Assembly (NCBI GenBank): GCA_035473115.1
Contig: DATION010000002.1
Coordinates: 9,469 to 73,468, forward strand
DNA length: 64,000 bases
Direction: 5' to 3'
Source: Candidatus Udaeobacter sp.
GTDB taxonomy: Bacteria > Patescibacteriota > Patescibacteriia > Magasanikbacterales > GWA2-37-8
In this document: positions 19,753-30,045 of the stretch, in pieces
Position numbering within the stretch: the stretch's first letter is position 1
Layout: each line of letters starts with the position of its first letter
Program-made: the position numbers and the translations under genes
Notes under the pieces: model-generated
Seen by the model: the letters and a program-made list of their open reading frames with translations, nothing else
Told to the model about the DNA's origin: nothing
Databases searched by the model: none

Positions 19753-21012
19753 ATGTCAGACATATCGCCTGTAAAAATTAGAGCCAAAAAATATGCCGGA
19801 GTTTATTTGGCAATAATCTTATTTATCATATCTTTTGGCGGCGGTGTTATCGTTGGCAAAACCTGGTATGTAAAAAAACAGATTACCGATGAGAACGGTA
19901 ATGTGCAGATAGAAAAAGTTTTAAATTTAAATCGTTCTATTAATCATTCCAATTTGGACTTTAGCCAGTTTTGGGATGTTTGGGATAAGATACAGGCTAA
20001 ATATGTAAAAAAGCCATCCAAAGATACAGACATGTTTTATGGAGCGATCCAGGGTTTGGTCGCATCTTTGGGAGATCCATATTCTTTGTATTTCCCTCCT
20101 AAAGCCGCTGAAGAATTTGCCAAAGATCTGTCCGGAGAATTAGAAGGTATTGGCGCGGAAATCGGTGTTAAAAATAATCAATTGGTAGTGGTATCACCAT
20201 TGCCGGATTCTCCGGCCGAAAAAGTTGGCTTAAAACCTGGAGATAAAATTTTAGAAATAGATAAAGAAAGCACTTTTGGCATGGATGTAAATACCGCTGT
20301 GACCAAAATTCGCGGTAAAGCAAGCACAAAAGTAGTTTTAACCATTACCAGAGACGGTCTGACTAAATCCTCCGAAGTTACTATTGTACGATCAAAGATA
20401 AATGTGCCATCTGTGTTATTTTCCGTTAAACCGGGCAATATCGCTTATCTGAGAATAATGCAATTTAGTGGCGATACGACGAATCAGCTTAATAAGTATA
20501 TAAAGCAGATAAAAGCCAAAGGTAATAAAGCGATAATTCTTGATCTGCGCAACAACCCCGGCGGTTATTTAGATGCGGCCATTGAAATGGCTAGTGATTG
20601 GGTGACTAGCGGCGTGGTTGTAAGTGAAAAAGGCAGAGATGGTCAGAGCAATGAACATGAAACCCAAGGTTCTCATCCTTTATCAGGAATTAAAACTATA
20701 GTTTTAGTCAATAAAGGTTCGGCTTCCGCCTCCGAAATTGTGGCCGGAGCTTTACAAGATACTAAAAATGCAATTTTGATAGGTGAGCAGACTTTTGGCA
20801 AAGGTTCGGTGCAGGACTTTGAAACTTTCCCAGATGGCTCGGCGCTTAAATTAACTGTGGCCGAATGGTTTACTCCAAATGGCAAAAATATTAATAAAGA
20901 GGGGATTAAGCCAGATATAGAAGTAAAAGAAGATTGGGATAAAGAAAAAATTGGCGAAGATGTAGTTTTGAGTAAAGCCTTGGAATTAATTGCTTCCTCG
21001 ACTGTAAAATAA
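19753..21012 (+). CDS. ctpA: S41 C-terminal processing protease (PDZ)
   Basis: GIGAEI PDZ, DLRNNPGG, GSASASEI, TFGKGSVQ. Confidence 0.95.
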   Translation: MSDISPVKIRAKKYAGVYLAIILFIISFGGGVIVGKTWYVKKQITDENGNVQIEKVLNLNRSINHSNLDFSQFWDVWDKIQAKYVKKPSKDTDMFYGAIQGLVASLGDPYSLYFPPKAAEEFAKDLSGELEGIGAEIGVKNNQLVVVSPLPDSPAEKVGLKPGDKILEIDKESTFGMDVNTAVTKIRGKASTKVVLTITRDGLTKSSEVTIVRSKINVPSVLFSVKPGNIAYLRIMQFSGDTTNQLNKYIKQIKAKGNKAIILDLRNNPGGYLDAAIEMASDWVTSGVVVSEKGRDGQSNEHETQGSHPLSGIKTIVLVNKGSASASEIVAGALQDTKNAILIGEQTFGKGSVQDFETFPDGSALKLTVAEWFTPNGKNINKEGIKPDIEVKEDWDKEKIGEDVVLSKALELIASSTVK

Positions 21013-21040
21013 ATTATTTATAAATCTTTTTCGTCGGCTA

Positions 21041-21071
21041 TAAAATACCTGCTAAATTAGCAGGTATTTTA
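21041..21071. terminator. Palindromic terminator
   Basis: taaaatacctgctaa-a-ttagcaggtatttta. Confidence 0.75.
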
Positions 21072-21105
21072 TTTATCCACTTGTGCATAAATTGGTAGTA
21101 TGATA

Positions 21106-21129
21106 ATATTTAAGTAATCACTTAAATAT
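21106..21129. promoter_or_regulatory. Inverted repeat, candidate TetR operator
   Basis: ATATTTAAGT-aatc-ACTTAAATAT just upstream of an operon encoding a TetR regulator. Confidence 0.5.
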
Positions 21130-21135
21130 ATTTTT

Positions 21136-21597
21136 ATGAAAATTAAAAATAGTACTAAAAAATTTAGACCATTTAAAAATGAAAAAATAAAAGGCATTTT
21201 TGATTCATATCCAGAAAATATCCGTACAAAACTCATGCAGTTACGAGAATTAGTTTTTGATGTTGCTTCAAAGACTAAAGTAGTAGGTAAAATTAAAGAA
21301 ACTCTAAAATGGGGTCAGCCCAGTTATATTACCGCGCAATCTAAAAGCGGAACAACTATTAGGTTGGATCGAGTAAAATCTGAGCGTGGAGTATATGCTT
21401 TGTATGTGCATTGCCAGACACCGCTGATAGCTAAACTTAGAAGTATGTATGGCAGCGCTTTTACTTATGAAAAGAATCGAGCGATTCATTTTAACTATTA
21501 TGAAGATGTTCCTTTGGTAAAATTACGTAATTTTATTGCAATGGCTTTAACTTACCATCTTAATGCAAGAAACAAATATTATGGGAAGAAGCAATAA
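21136..21597 (+). CDS. DUF1801 (YdhG-like) protein
   Basis: L..LREL, ETLKWGQPSY, GTTIRLD, ALYVHCQT, NRAI. Confidence 0.85.
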   Translation: MKIKNSTKKFRPFKNEKIKGIFDSYPENIRTKLMQLRELVFDVASKTKVVGKIKETLKWGQPSYITAQSKSGTTIRLDRVKSERGVYALYVHCQTPLIAKLRSMYGSAFTYEKNRAIHFNYYEDVPLVKLRNFIAMALTYHLNARNKYYGKKQ

Positions 21598-22171
21598 AAA
21601 AGATATCAAAGAAATTTTACATAATTCTTGCATGCTTTTTTGGAATAAAGGTTATGCTCAAACTTCAATTAAAGATATAGAAAAAGCAACCGGACTTAAT
21701 CCAGGCAGTCTTTATTATTATTTTAAAAATAAGGAAGTTATATTTGAAAAAGTTCTTGAACACTATGTATCAACGGTTGTTGAACCTCGCTTAAAAGAGT
21801 TTTTATTCACTACTAAAGGGAATGGTTTAAATAATATACAAAGAGTGTTTGATTCTGTAGTTGAGATACCAAGTGAGTATCGATGGATAGGTTGTTTAAT
21901 GACTAATACGTCAGTTGAAGTACAAGAAATACCAAAGATAAAGAAAAAGATTCAAACGATTTTTGATTTATTTGAAAGTGGTTTTTTAAAGCAGATAAAT
22001 CGTGTCTCGGTTTTAAAAACCAAAACTTTGTTAGAACGCAGGAAGCTAGCGGGGTATTTATTAGTAGCCATGGAAGGATTTTTTGTTTTGGTGCGATTGC
22101 AAAATGATACTGCCCAATTAAAAAAATATGTTAGTAACGCCTTATACCCATTAAAAAGTGCATTAAAATAG
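21581..22171 (+). CDS. TetR/AcrR-family regulator
   Basis: FW.KGY..TSIKDI.KATGL..GSLYYYF.NKE; GCL..N. Confidence 0.92.
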   Translation: MGRSNKKDIKEILHNSCMLFWNKGYAQTSIKDIEKATGLNPGSLYYYFKNKEVIFEKVLEHYVSTVVEPRLKEFLFTTKGNGLNNIQRVFDSVVEIPSEYRWIGCLMTNTSVEVQEIPKIKKKIQTIFDLFESGFLKQINRVSVLKTKTLLERRKLAGYLLVAMEGFFVLVRLQNDTAQLKKYVSNALYPLKSALK

Positions 22172-22198
22172 TTTATTTATTTTTTTAATAATGTATTT

Positions 22199-22561
22199 AT
22201 GGAAAAATACCAAAATAATTGGCAGCAGTATATGCAAGTATGGTCAGAAACTAGTAATGAAAAAAGACTAATGATACTCAAAAAAGTTTTAAGTGAAAAA
22301 GCGACTTACATTGATCCGGTGACAGAAGAAACCCTGATTGGATATGATGCAATTAACAGCTACATAGAACAAACACAGAAAATTGTGCCAGGTGTTAGTC
22401 TTAATCTTGTTGCCTATCAAGAGCATCATAGTATCAGTTTAGCACAGTGGAATATGTGTGTTGGCGAGATGGTTATTGCGCCAGGTCATAGTTTTGCTAG
22501 GTATGGCAATAACGGAGAAATAATCGAAACAATTGCTTTTTTCTCTTTGCCTAAAAAATAA
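22199..22561 (+). CDS. SnoaL/NTF2-like fold protein
   Basis: Y..VWSE....R, YIDP, HH....W, G.S.......I..I..FF. Confidence 0.7.
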   Translation: MEKYQNNWQQYMQVWSETSNEKRLMILKKVLSEKATYIDPVTEETLIGYDAINSYIEQTQKIVPGVSLNLVAYQEHHSISLAQWNMCVGEMVIAPGHSFARYGNNGEIIETIAFFSLPKK

Positions 22562-22571
22562 AATATAAGAC

Positions 22572-22600
22572 TAAAAAACACCGATTGCGGTGTTTTTTTA
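22572..22600. terminator. Bidirectional terminator
   Basis: aaaaaacaccg-attg-cggtgtttttt between convergent genes. Confidence 0.8.
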
Positions 22601-22621
22601 GTTTTGTGTAAAAATTTTAAA

Positions 22622-23503
22622 TTAAATCCGTTCTTCCCAGCGCCGATCAGTCTCAACTTCCAGTTGCAAAAATATTTTTTTATTTAAAGCTGCTTCTAAT
22701 TCTTTGCGGGCGGCAATGCCGATTTCTTTTATGGATCGGCCATTTTTGCCGATAATCATTTTTTTGTAGCGGCTATCGTAGGTATAAACAGTAGCATCAA
22801 TTACAAAGACATCTGGTTTTTCTTCGATACCGGTTACCTCTACATGAGTGGTATAAGGGACTTCTTGTCTGAGGGCTTTAAAAATTTTTTCTCTGATCAG
22901 TTCCGCTATCCAAAACTTCTCATCCATGTTCGTTAGCTGGGTTGGCGGGTACGTTGGCTCGCCGACCGGCAATAGTTCAAAAACTTTATCGCGCAGCGGT
23001 TGGACATCTCTATTTTCTTGAGCGGATAATTCAAACACTTGGGTAAACTGATCAGCCAAGGCTTTGTAGTCATCCAAAAAAACTTTTTCTTTAGTCGGCA
23101 AATCAGATTTATTTATAACTAGCAATTTTGGTGTTTCTAAGTTTCGGATCATCGCCAGAGTGGCTCGTTCTTCTACCCCCAAAGATTTGCTTGGATCAAC
23201 CACGTATAAAATTATATCAATGCCTTGCAGAGCTTCTTGGGCACGCTGAGTCAGTTTGCCGGATAGTGGATTGCCTTTGTCTTTAAAAATTCCCGGAGTA
23301 TCAATAAAAACAGCCTGCCCTTGCGTGGTGTTTAGCACTCCGTGTATAATGTTCCTGGTGGTTTGCGGTTTATCGGTGACAGCGGCAATTTTAGTGCCAA
23401 TGAGTGTGTTTAACAAAGCAGACTTGCCGGCGTTAGAGCGTCCGATCAAAGTCACAAAACCGGCTTTAAATTGTTCTGCGGCTGGCTGTTTGGCCTTAGG
23501 CAT
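22622..23503 (-). CDS. era: GTPase Era
   Basis: GRSNAGKS, KPQTTR, DTPG, NKSD, KH domain IIGKNG. Confidence 0.97.
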   Translation of the reverse strand: MPKAKQPAAEQFKAGFVTLIGRSNAGKSALLNTLIGTKIAAVTDKPQTTRNIIHGVLNTTQGQAVFIDTPGIFKDKGNPLSGKLTQRAQEALQGIDIILYVVDPSKSLGVEERATLAMIRNLETPKLLVINKSDLPTKEKVFLDDYKALADQFTQVFELSAQENRDVQPLRDKVFELLPVGEPTYPPTQLTNMDEKFWIAELIREKIFKALRQEVPYTTHVEVTGIEEKPDVFVIDATVYTYDSRYKKMIIGKNGRSIKEIGIAARKELEAALNKKIFLQLEVETDRRWEERI

Positions 23504-23573
23504 ATTTTATTTGCATTTAGCGGTTAAACGATAGTATAATATATCAAAATACAAACTAAAGCAAGATGCGGGT

Positions 23574-24014
23574 ATGCAAGTTGTTTTTATACAAAATGTG
23601 GCCGGAATCGGCAGAATAGATGATGTAAAAGAAGTTAGTGAAGGCTATGCGCGTAATTTTTTGTTTGCCAAAAATTTGGCTGTGCCGGCTACCACAAAAG
23701 TTTTGTCCGATCTAAAATCACGTAAAAATAAAAAAACCAAAGACCATGAAATGGAGCTGCGAGAACAGCAAAGCTTGGCCGACAAATTGGAAGGCTATGA
23801 GCTGTCTTTAAAAGAAAGAGCTGGTACGGCTGGAAATTTATATGCTGCTGTTGGGCAGCAAAAAGTTGCCGAAGCCTTGGTAAAATCCGGGTTTAAAATA
23901 AGCAAAGATCAAATTTTATTAAAACCGATCAAAGAAATCGGTCAGTTTTCGGCAAAAATCAAGTTTTCCCATGGACTAGAATCCGCAATATCAATAATCG
24001 TTTCTAAAATTTAA
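23574..24014 (+). CDS. rplI: 50S ribosomal protein L9
   Basis: VKEVSEGYARNFLF..LAV.AT, PIK.IG. Confidence 0.95.
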   Translation: MQVVFIQNVAGIGRIDDVKEVSEGYARNFLFAKNLAVPATTKVLSDLKSRKNKKTKDHEMELREQQSLADKLEGYELSLKERAGTAGNLYAAVGQQKVAEALVKSGFKISKDQILLKPIKEIGQFSAKIKFSHGLESAISIIVSKI

Positions 24015-24024
24015 ATAAGCTAGC

Positions 24025-25659
24025 ATGAAAAAAACCAAATATATTTTCGTAATCGGCGGCGTACTTAGCGGGGTAGGAAAGGGAGTAACCACGGCATCCA
24101 TTGGCCGTATTTTTAAAAATAGAGGTTTTAAAGTTTCAGCCATCAAAATTGATCCATATATAAATGTGGATGCTGGCACAATGAATCCGATTGAACACGG
24201 CGAAGTGTTTGTAACCGAAGATGGAGATGAAACTGATCAGGATCTGGGTAATTATGAAAGATTTTTGGAAACAGATATATTTTCTTTTAATTACATGACC
24301 ACTGGCCGGGTTTATCTGAGTGTGATTGAAAAAGAACGCAGTATGTATTACAAAGGAAAATGTGTTGAAGTGGTGCCCCATATCCCAATGGAAATTATTG
24401 GCCGAATAAAAAATGCCGCCGCTAAAACTCAAGCCGAAGTGATGGTGGTAGAAATTGGCGGCACAGCCGGAGAGTATCAAAATATTCTGTTTTTGGAAGC
24501 TGCGCGCATGATGAAGTTAGAAACTCCGGAAGACGTCGCTTTTATTTTGGTAAGTTATTTGCCGGTACCGGGCCATTTGGGAGAAATGAAAACCAAACCG
24601 ACTCAGTACGCTTCGCGCACCTTAAATGCTAGCGGCATTCAGGCAGACTTTATTGTGGCGCGCGGACCGGACGAACTAGATAAACCAAGACGAGAAAAAT
24701 TGGCGCTTTTGTGCGGTTTGCGCAACGAAGAAGATGTGATTGCGGCTCCGGATGTAAATAGTATCTACGAAATTCCTTTGATTTTGGAAAGACAAAAATT
24801 TGCCGAATTATTAATGAAAAGGTTAAAAATTAAATCCAGAAAACCGGCTGATAAAGAATGGGATAATTTTGTCGATAAAATAAATAAAATTAATAAAGTA
24901 TTAAAGATCGCGGTGGTTGGAAAATATTTCTCCACCGGTGATTATACTCTGGCTGATTCATACATTTCTGTGATTAATGCGGTCAAGCATGCAGCTTGGC
25001 ATAGCGGGGTTAATGCCGAAATGACTTGGATCGATGCTGAGGACTATGAAAAAAATCCGGAAAAAGTAAAAGAACTCGGCAATTACAACGCTTTGATTGT
25101 TCCGGGCGGATTTGGCACCAGAGGTATCGAAGGTATTTTAAAAACTATTAAATACGCCAGAGAAAATAATTTGCCATATTTTGGTTTGTGTTATGGCATG
25201 CAACTTGCAACGATAGAATTTGCACGCAATGTTTTGGGATATAAAGATGCGCATACGGTAGAATGCGACGCAAAAAGCAAGAATTTAATAATAAATATCA
25301 ACACCACTCAAGCCGAGAATATTAAAAAAGAACGTTATGGCGGCACAATGCGTTTGGGGGCATATGATTGTGTTTTAACTGCTGGCAGTTTGGCTCGTAA
25401 ATGCTATGGCGCTGATAAAATTAGTGAACGCCACCGGCATCGCTATGAATTTGCTAATAAATATAGAGAAGAGATAGAAAAGCATGGTATGCTGGTAACG
25501 GGAGTAAATCCGCAATCGGATTTGGTAGAAATTATTGAATTAAAAAATCATCCATTTTTTGTCGGTGTCCAATTTCATCCGGAATTTAAATCCAGGTTTT
25601 TGCAGCCGCACCCATTGTTTGTGGGGCTGATAAAAGCGGCGCTTGGAAAAACTAAATAA
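24025..25659 (+). CDS. pyrG: CTP synthase
   Basis: GGVLSGVGKG, KIDPYINVD, KTKPTQ, GLCYGMQ, ERHRHRYE, QFHPEF. Confidence 0.99.
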   Translation: MKKTKYIFVIGGVLSGVGKGVTTASIGRIFKNRGFKVSAIKIDPYINVDAGTMNPIEHGEVFVTEDGDETDQDLGNYERFLETDIFSFNYMTTGRVYLSVIEKERSMYYKGKCVEVVPHIPMEIIGRIKNAAAKTQAEVMVVEIGGTAGEYQNILFLEAARMMKLETPEDVAFILVSYLPVPGHLGEMKTKPTQYASRTLNASGIQADFIVARGPDELDKPRREKLALLCGLRNEEDVIAAPDVNSIYEIPLILERQKFAELLMKRLKIKSRKPADKEWDNFVDKINKINKVLKIAVVGKYFSTGDYTLADSYISVINAVKHAAWHSGVNAEMTWIDAEDYEKNPEKVKELGNYNALIVPGGFGTRGIEGILKTIKYARENNLPYFGLCYGMQLATIEFARNVLGYKDAHTVECDAKSKNLIININTTQAENIKKERYGGTMRLGAYDCVLTAGSLARKCYGADKISERHRHRYEFANKYREEIEKHGMLVTGVNPQSDLVEIIELKNHPFFVGVQFHPEFKSRFLQPHPLFVGLIKAALGKTK

Positions 25660-25713
25660 GTTTGACTATTTTTTCTGATAGTATAAGATACACTCTAAGG
25701 AGGACTCTTAAGT

Positions 25714-25923
25714 ATGATTGCCGATAATGATTCCGACGATGCTTCCAATGCTACAGGTCAAGTGCCGGAAAACACTTTGGCGGGTACGGGGTTTGTCGGA
25801 GGTCATGGTTTCCCAGCGCAAGATGCTGAAAAGCCAAGAGGTTGTCCAATATGCCGGACTCCTGTTTGTCAGCTTCCGCCAGATGGAACAGGTAAACCAA
25901 GAAGTCATGTTGTAGTAGTCTAG
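25714..25923 (+). CDS. Possible small orphan protein (reading frame uncertain)
   Basis: TTGACT-17-TAAGAT promoter, SD AGGAGG 10 nt before ATG 25714, downstream hairpin; an overlapping frame (25718-25915) is also open. Confidence 0.35.
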   Translation: MIADNDSDDASNATGQVPENTLAGTGFVGGHGFPAQDAEKPRGCPICRTPVCQLPPDGTGKPRSHVVVV

Positions 25924-26022
25924 AGGTTCAAGCTCGGTAGAGCTGTGTTATTGTATTGGAGGAGTAGGGACAGGTAAGGAGTACGGATTTTATTCGTTTC
26001 CTTACCTGTAAAAGTTAAATTT

Positions 26023-27393
26023 TTATCTTCCAGCCAATCGCAAAATGGTATTGATGGTCCGCAGTATTATCGAAATATCCAAAGTTAAACCCCGGTTTTT
26101 TATATAATATAAATCATATTCCAGTTTCTGCAGATTTTCTTCTATGGTGCCGTAATAAGCTTTATTAATTTGCGCCCAACCGGTTAATCCTGGTTTGATT
26201 AAATGACGCAGAGAATAGTAAGGCATTTTTTCCGTTAGTTGCTGTACAAATTCCGGACGTTCGGGGCGCGGACCAATAACTGACATTTCGCCTTTTAAAA
26301 TATTTATAAACTGTGGCACTTCGTCCAGACGGGTTAATCGTAAAATTTTTCCCACGGAAGTAATACGGCTATCTTGAGTAGCGGCAAACTGCGGACCGCT
26401 AGTTTCGGCGCTGCCGTCAGCTGCCAGTGATTGCATGGTACGGTATTTATAAACTTTAAAAATTTGGCCTTGTCTGCCAACTCGGTTTTGAGTAAAAAAT
26501 ATTTTGCCTTTGGAGTTTATTTTAATGGCTAAAGCTAAGAACGGAAAAGTAATTCCAAAAAATAGGCCGATTAAAACTGCTAAAACATAATCCGTTAAGA
26601 TGCGAAAGCGGTCATAAATTTTTTTCTGCTGTTCATGCAGATTGGCGATAAACCAGCCTTCCGAAAAGGTAAACGGGGGAATGCGGCGCATGACTGATTC
26701 ATAAAAATCAGCTAGGTTAATAATGCTTACTTGTTGAAACAAGCTAAGATAAAGCTCTTTGAGCAAGGTTTTTTCAGCTGTCATCTGCGGTGAGAGTACG
26801 ATGATAGTGGCCGGATTTTTATTTTTATTGTTTATTTCAGTAATAGTTTTGCCAAAAACTATATTAGCAAACTGATTTTCTAAATTTTTATTTTCCTCAA
26901 TTATGCCACTAATAAAATAGCCTAGACGAGGCTCTTTTTGAATATTAATTATCAGTTCTTTAACCTCGTCGGTTATTCCGGCAAAAATCACGTTATATTT
27001 TAAAGTAGTAGAGATAAATTTATTATAAAAAAAACGCCATAAAGAGATTAATCCAAAACCGATCAGGGCGGTAAGCAGCAGAATCGTTTTAGGGGTAATG
27101 GCCGTTTTGGGGTTGATATAAAAATAAATGATGCCGAAAACCGTCCAGGTTAGAGTGCTGATGATAATTTTTTGGTAAAAAGACCAGGAGTTTTTGGTTT
27201 TACTGACATCATAAAGACCGGCGATAAAAAGAACGATTATTGCCAAGAAAAATAGTTGAGTCATCGGAGAAAGCAGATCTTGCCAATTTTGCGCGGGAAT
27301 TTTTAAATATCTAAAATAAAGGGCAAAATATAAGCCCAAATATAGCATAATCAGGTCGCCAAGAAGCAAGGTAAGCTGTTTTAAACGCAGCAT
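26023..27393 (-). CDS. Polyprenyl-phosphate glycosylphosphotransferase (WcaJ/WbaP-type)
   Basis: N-terminal TMs; KYRTM, LDEVPQF.N.LKGEMS.IGPRPERP, KPGLTGWAQ, DLYYI. Confidence 0.93.
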   Translation of the reverse strand: MLRLKQLTLLLGDLIMLYLGLYFALYFRYLKIPAQNWQDLLSPMTQLFFLAIIVLFIAGLYDVSKTKNSWSFYQKIIISTLTWTVFGIIYFYINPKTAITPKTILLLTALIGFGLISLWRFFYNKFISTTLKYNVIFAGITDEVKELIINIQKEPRLGYFISGIIEENKNLENQFANIVFGKTITEINNKNKNPATIIVLSPQMTAEKTLLKELYLSLFQQVSIINLADFYESVMRRIPPFTFSEGWFIANLHEQQKKIYDRFRILTDYVLAVLIGLFFGITFPFLALAIKINSKGKIFFTQNRVGRQGQIFKVYKYRTMQSLAADGSAETSGPQFAATQDSRITSVGKILRLTRLDEVPQFINILKGEMSVIGPRPERPEFVQQLTEKMPYYSLRHLIKPGLTGWAQINKAYYGTIEENLQKLEYDLYYIKNRGLTLDISIILRTINTILRLAGR

Positions 27394-27429
27394 AAGTCGG
27401 TATATAACTTATTATGGTATAATATTACA

Positions 27430-28959
27430 ATGTTTCGATTATATCTCAAATTTAAGCGAAAAGCAAGCTTAATCATCCTTTTTTTAGCAGGAGTAATTTT
27501 GTTTTTGGCAAACATTCCTGCCTGGTCCAAAGAGCCAAATGATCCGGAATACAATCTGCAACAAACTTTTTATAATCAAATTAGCGCTCCAACTGCCTGG
27601 GATTTCACTAATGGCACAAGCAGCGCGGTGGTAGCAATAATTGATGTGGGTGTAGATATTTCTAATGAAGATTTAAAAGCCAATATTTGGCAAAATCAAA
27701 AAGAATTGCCAGGCAATGGTATTGACGATGACAAAAATGGCTATATAGATGATATTCATGGTTGGAATTTTGTGGAAAAAAATAATGATATAACTGTTTC
27801 TAATCTGAATAATAACTTAGATGATCGCGGAGCTGTCAGTCATGGAACTATTTTAGCCGGACTTATCGGAGCGGTAGGGGATAATAATTTTTTAGGAGCC
27901 GGATTAAATTGGCATATAAAAATTATGCCGCTGCGCGCTGTGCGCAACGATGGCAATGGCTCTTTGGAAGACGTGGCTAAAGCTGTAAATTATGCCGTAA
28001 ATAATGGAGCTGATATTATCAGTCTAAGCTTTGTGGGTGGAGCTACTAATTTTAGTTTAGAAGGAAGTTTGTTTAATGCCAGAAAGCACGGGGTGCTAGT
28101 GGTAGCAGCAGCCGGTAATAACAGAAATGACGGCATTGGCGATGAGGATTCGGCAAAAGTAAAACAGTACCCAATTTGTGTAGATTTTGAAAATTCAGAA
28201 AATTGGATTTTGGGCGTAACTTCGGTTGATAAAAATAATAAGTTAAGCGAGTTCGCCAATTATGGCGCTTGTGTGGATATTACGGCTCCGGGCGAATACA
28301 TTTACAGCACTCAAAAATATTCTCCGCAGTACGGGTATGATAAAAATTTTGCTGGCCCTTGGTTTGGGTCTTCTTTTTCTGTTCCTTTAGTTACCGGCGC
28401 TGCTGCTTTGGTAAAATCAGTCCGCCCAGACTGGGGAGCAAAAGAAATAGTGTCTGATCTGCTGGCTACTACCGATGATATCGATAGTTTAAATCCGGGT
28501 TATGCAGGACAAATTGGCTATGGCCGTTTGAATGTCGGTCGAGCTGTGGCTAGAGCCGTGGAATCAAAATCAAAAATTATTCCTACATTTATTTTTGATG
28601 CAAAATTAATTAAAAAACAGAAAAAATATTTTGTCCGCATTATTTCTGATGAAAAGATTTTGCATGAATTGTCTTTGCCGGGTTATACAGAAAAATCTAG
28701 TAAATGGGCCGTAACTGAGAATTTATTGGTATCTGTCAATCTGAGCCGGAAAAAAATAACTGTAAATGCTTGGGATTGGGAAGGTAAGCAAAAATTAACA
28801 AATTTTGTTTTGGGCGGAGTAGATAGCTTATCTGATTTAAAGATTGATAAAGTGTGGGGTGATAATCCTAATCCAATTTTATTTATTAAACGTACTGGAG
28901 AAAACCAGAAAGTTATTATCGATTTACCAAGTCAGAGCTGGAAGATTGAGCAATTGTAA
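27430..28959 (+). CDS. Secreted S8 (subtilisin-like) serine peptidase
   Basis: VAIIDVGVD, HGT, AAAGN, GSSFSVPLVTG; GIDDDKNGYIDD. Confidence 0.92.
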   Translation: MFRLYLKFKRKASLIILFLAGVILFLANIPAWSKEPNDPEYNLQQTFYNQISAPTAWDFTNGTSSAVVAIIDVGVDISNEDLKANIWQNQKELPGNGIDDDKNGYIDDIHGWNFVEKNNDITVSNLNNNLDDRGAVSHGTILAGLIGAVGDNNFLGAGLNWHIKIMPLRAVRNDGNGSLEDVAKAVNYAVNNGADIISLSFVGGATNFSLEGSLFNARKHGVLVVAAAGNNRNDGIGDEDSAKVKQYPICVDFENSENWILGVTSVDKNNKLSEFANYGACVDITAPGEYIYSTQKYSPQYGYDKNFAGPWFGSSFSVPLVTGAAALVKSVRPDWGAKEIVSDLLATTDDIDSLNPGYAGQIGYGRLNVGRAVARAVESKSKIIPTFIFDAKLIKKQKKYFVRIISDEKILHELSLPGYTEKSSKWAVTENLLVSVNLSRKKITVNAWDWEGKQKLTNFVLGGVDSLSDLKIDKVWGDNPNPILFIKRTGENQKVIIDLPSQSWKIEQL

Positions 28960-29012
28960 ATTAGCATGGCAAGTGGTATAATTTAAGCATAATTTAGGAC
29001 TTAAAAAGACCT

Positions 29013-30035
29013 ATGGATACGCCTATTTTTGAGAAAAAAAACGTCTTGGTTACAGGTGGAGCCGGTTTTATCGGTTCCCATCTCTGTGAGCGTTTATTAA
29101 AAGAAGCCAAGGTAATCTGTTTGGATGATTTTTCCAATTCTTCTCCGGCTAATATAAAACATTTATTGCAATATCCGGATTTTGAATTTATAAAATACGA
29201 CGTCAATCAGCCAATTGATCTGGATAAATTTGAAGAGTTAGACAAATTTAGAATAAAATTTCAAGGTATCCAAGAAATTTACCACCTGGCTTGCCCGACC
29301 AGCCCGCATGATTTTGAGAAGTTAAAAATGAAATCTTTGTGGGCTAATTCTTCATCAATGATTAACACATTAGATTTAGCAGTAAAATACAAAGCTAAAT
29401 ATGTTTTTACTTCCAGTTCAGTTGTCTATGGAAATGCTACTGAAGAAAAATCTATTTTTAAAGAAACCGATCAAGGTGCGGTAGATCATCTGTCTCCGCG
29501 CGCTTGCTACGACGAAGGCAAGCGTTTTGCCGAAACTTGCGTGGCCACTTATCGCCAAGTTTATGGTATTGATGCTAAAATTGCCCGAATATTCACCACT
29601 TACGGCCCAAACATGAAATTATTTGAAGGTCAAATGATACCGGATTTTATAATTAACGCTTTGGAAGGAAAAAATTTAACTATCAATGGTGATGAATCTT
29701 TTTCTACTTCACTTTGTTATGTTACTGATCTGGTTGACGGCTTAACACGCCTAATGGCCAGCGCCCCGGAAGTAGAAATTGTTAATTTTGGTGATGATAA
29801 AATTGTAAAAATGTCTGATGTTGCCGAAACGATAATTAAATTGACAAATTCTTCATCAAAAATTGTTTTTGAAAAACCGCTGTTGTTTTTAACCCGCAAA
29901 GGAGCGCCAGATTTGGCTTATGTAAAAGAAGCTTTGGGTTGGCTGCCGCTGGTAAGATTACAAGACGGCTTAGAAAAAACTATAGACTACACTATTGCTA
30001 ACAAAGAAGCTTTGCTGTTTGATCATGGGTATTAA
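29013..30035 (+). CDS. NAD-dependent epimerase/dehydratase, UDP-glucuronate decarboxylase-like
   Basis: VTGGAGFIGSH, IYHLACP.SP, CYDEGKRFAE, RIF.TYGP. Confidence 0.9.
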   Translation: MDTPIFEKKNVLVTGGAGFIGSHLCERLLKEAKVICLDDFSNSSPANIKHLLQYPDFEFIKYDVNQPIDLDKFEELDKFRIKFQGIQEIYHLACPTSPHDFEKLKMKSLWANSSSMINTLDLAVKYKAKYVFTSSSVVYGNATEEKSIFKETDQGAVDHLSPRACYDEGKRFAETCVATYRQVYGIDAKIARIFTTYGPNMKLFEGQMIPDFIINALEGKNLTINGDESFSTSLCYVTDLVDGLTRLMASAPEVEIVNFGDDKIVKMSDVAETIIKLTNSSSKIVFEKPLLFLTRKGAPDLAYVKEALGWLPLVRLQDGLEKTIDYTIANKEALLFDHGY

Positions 30036-30045
30036 GATAGAGTAT

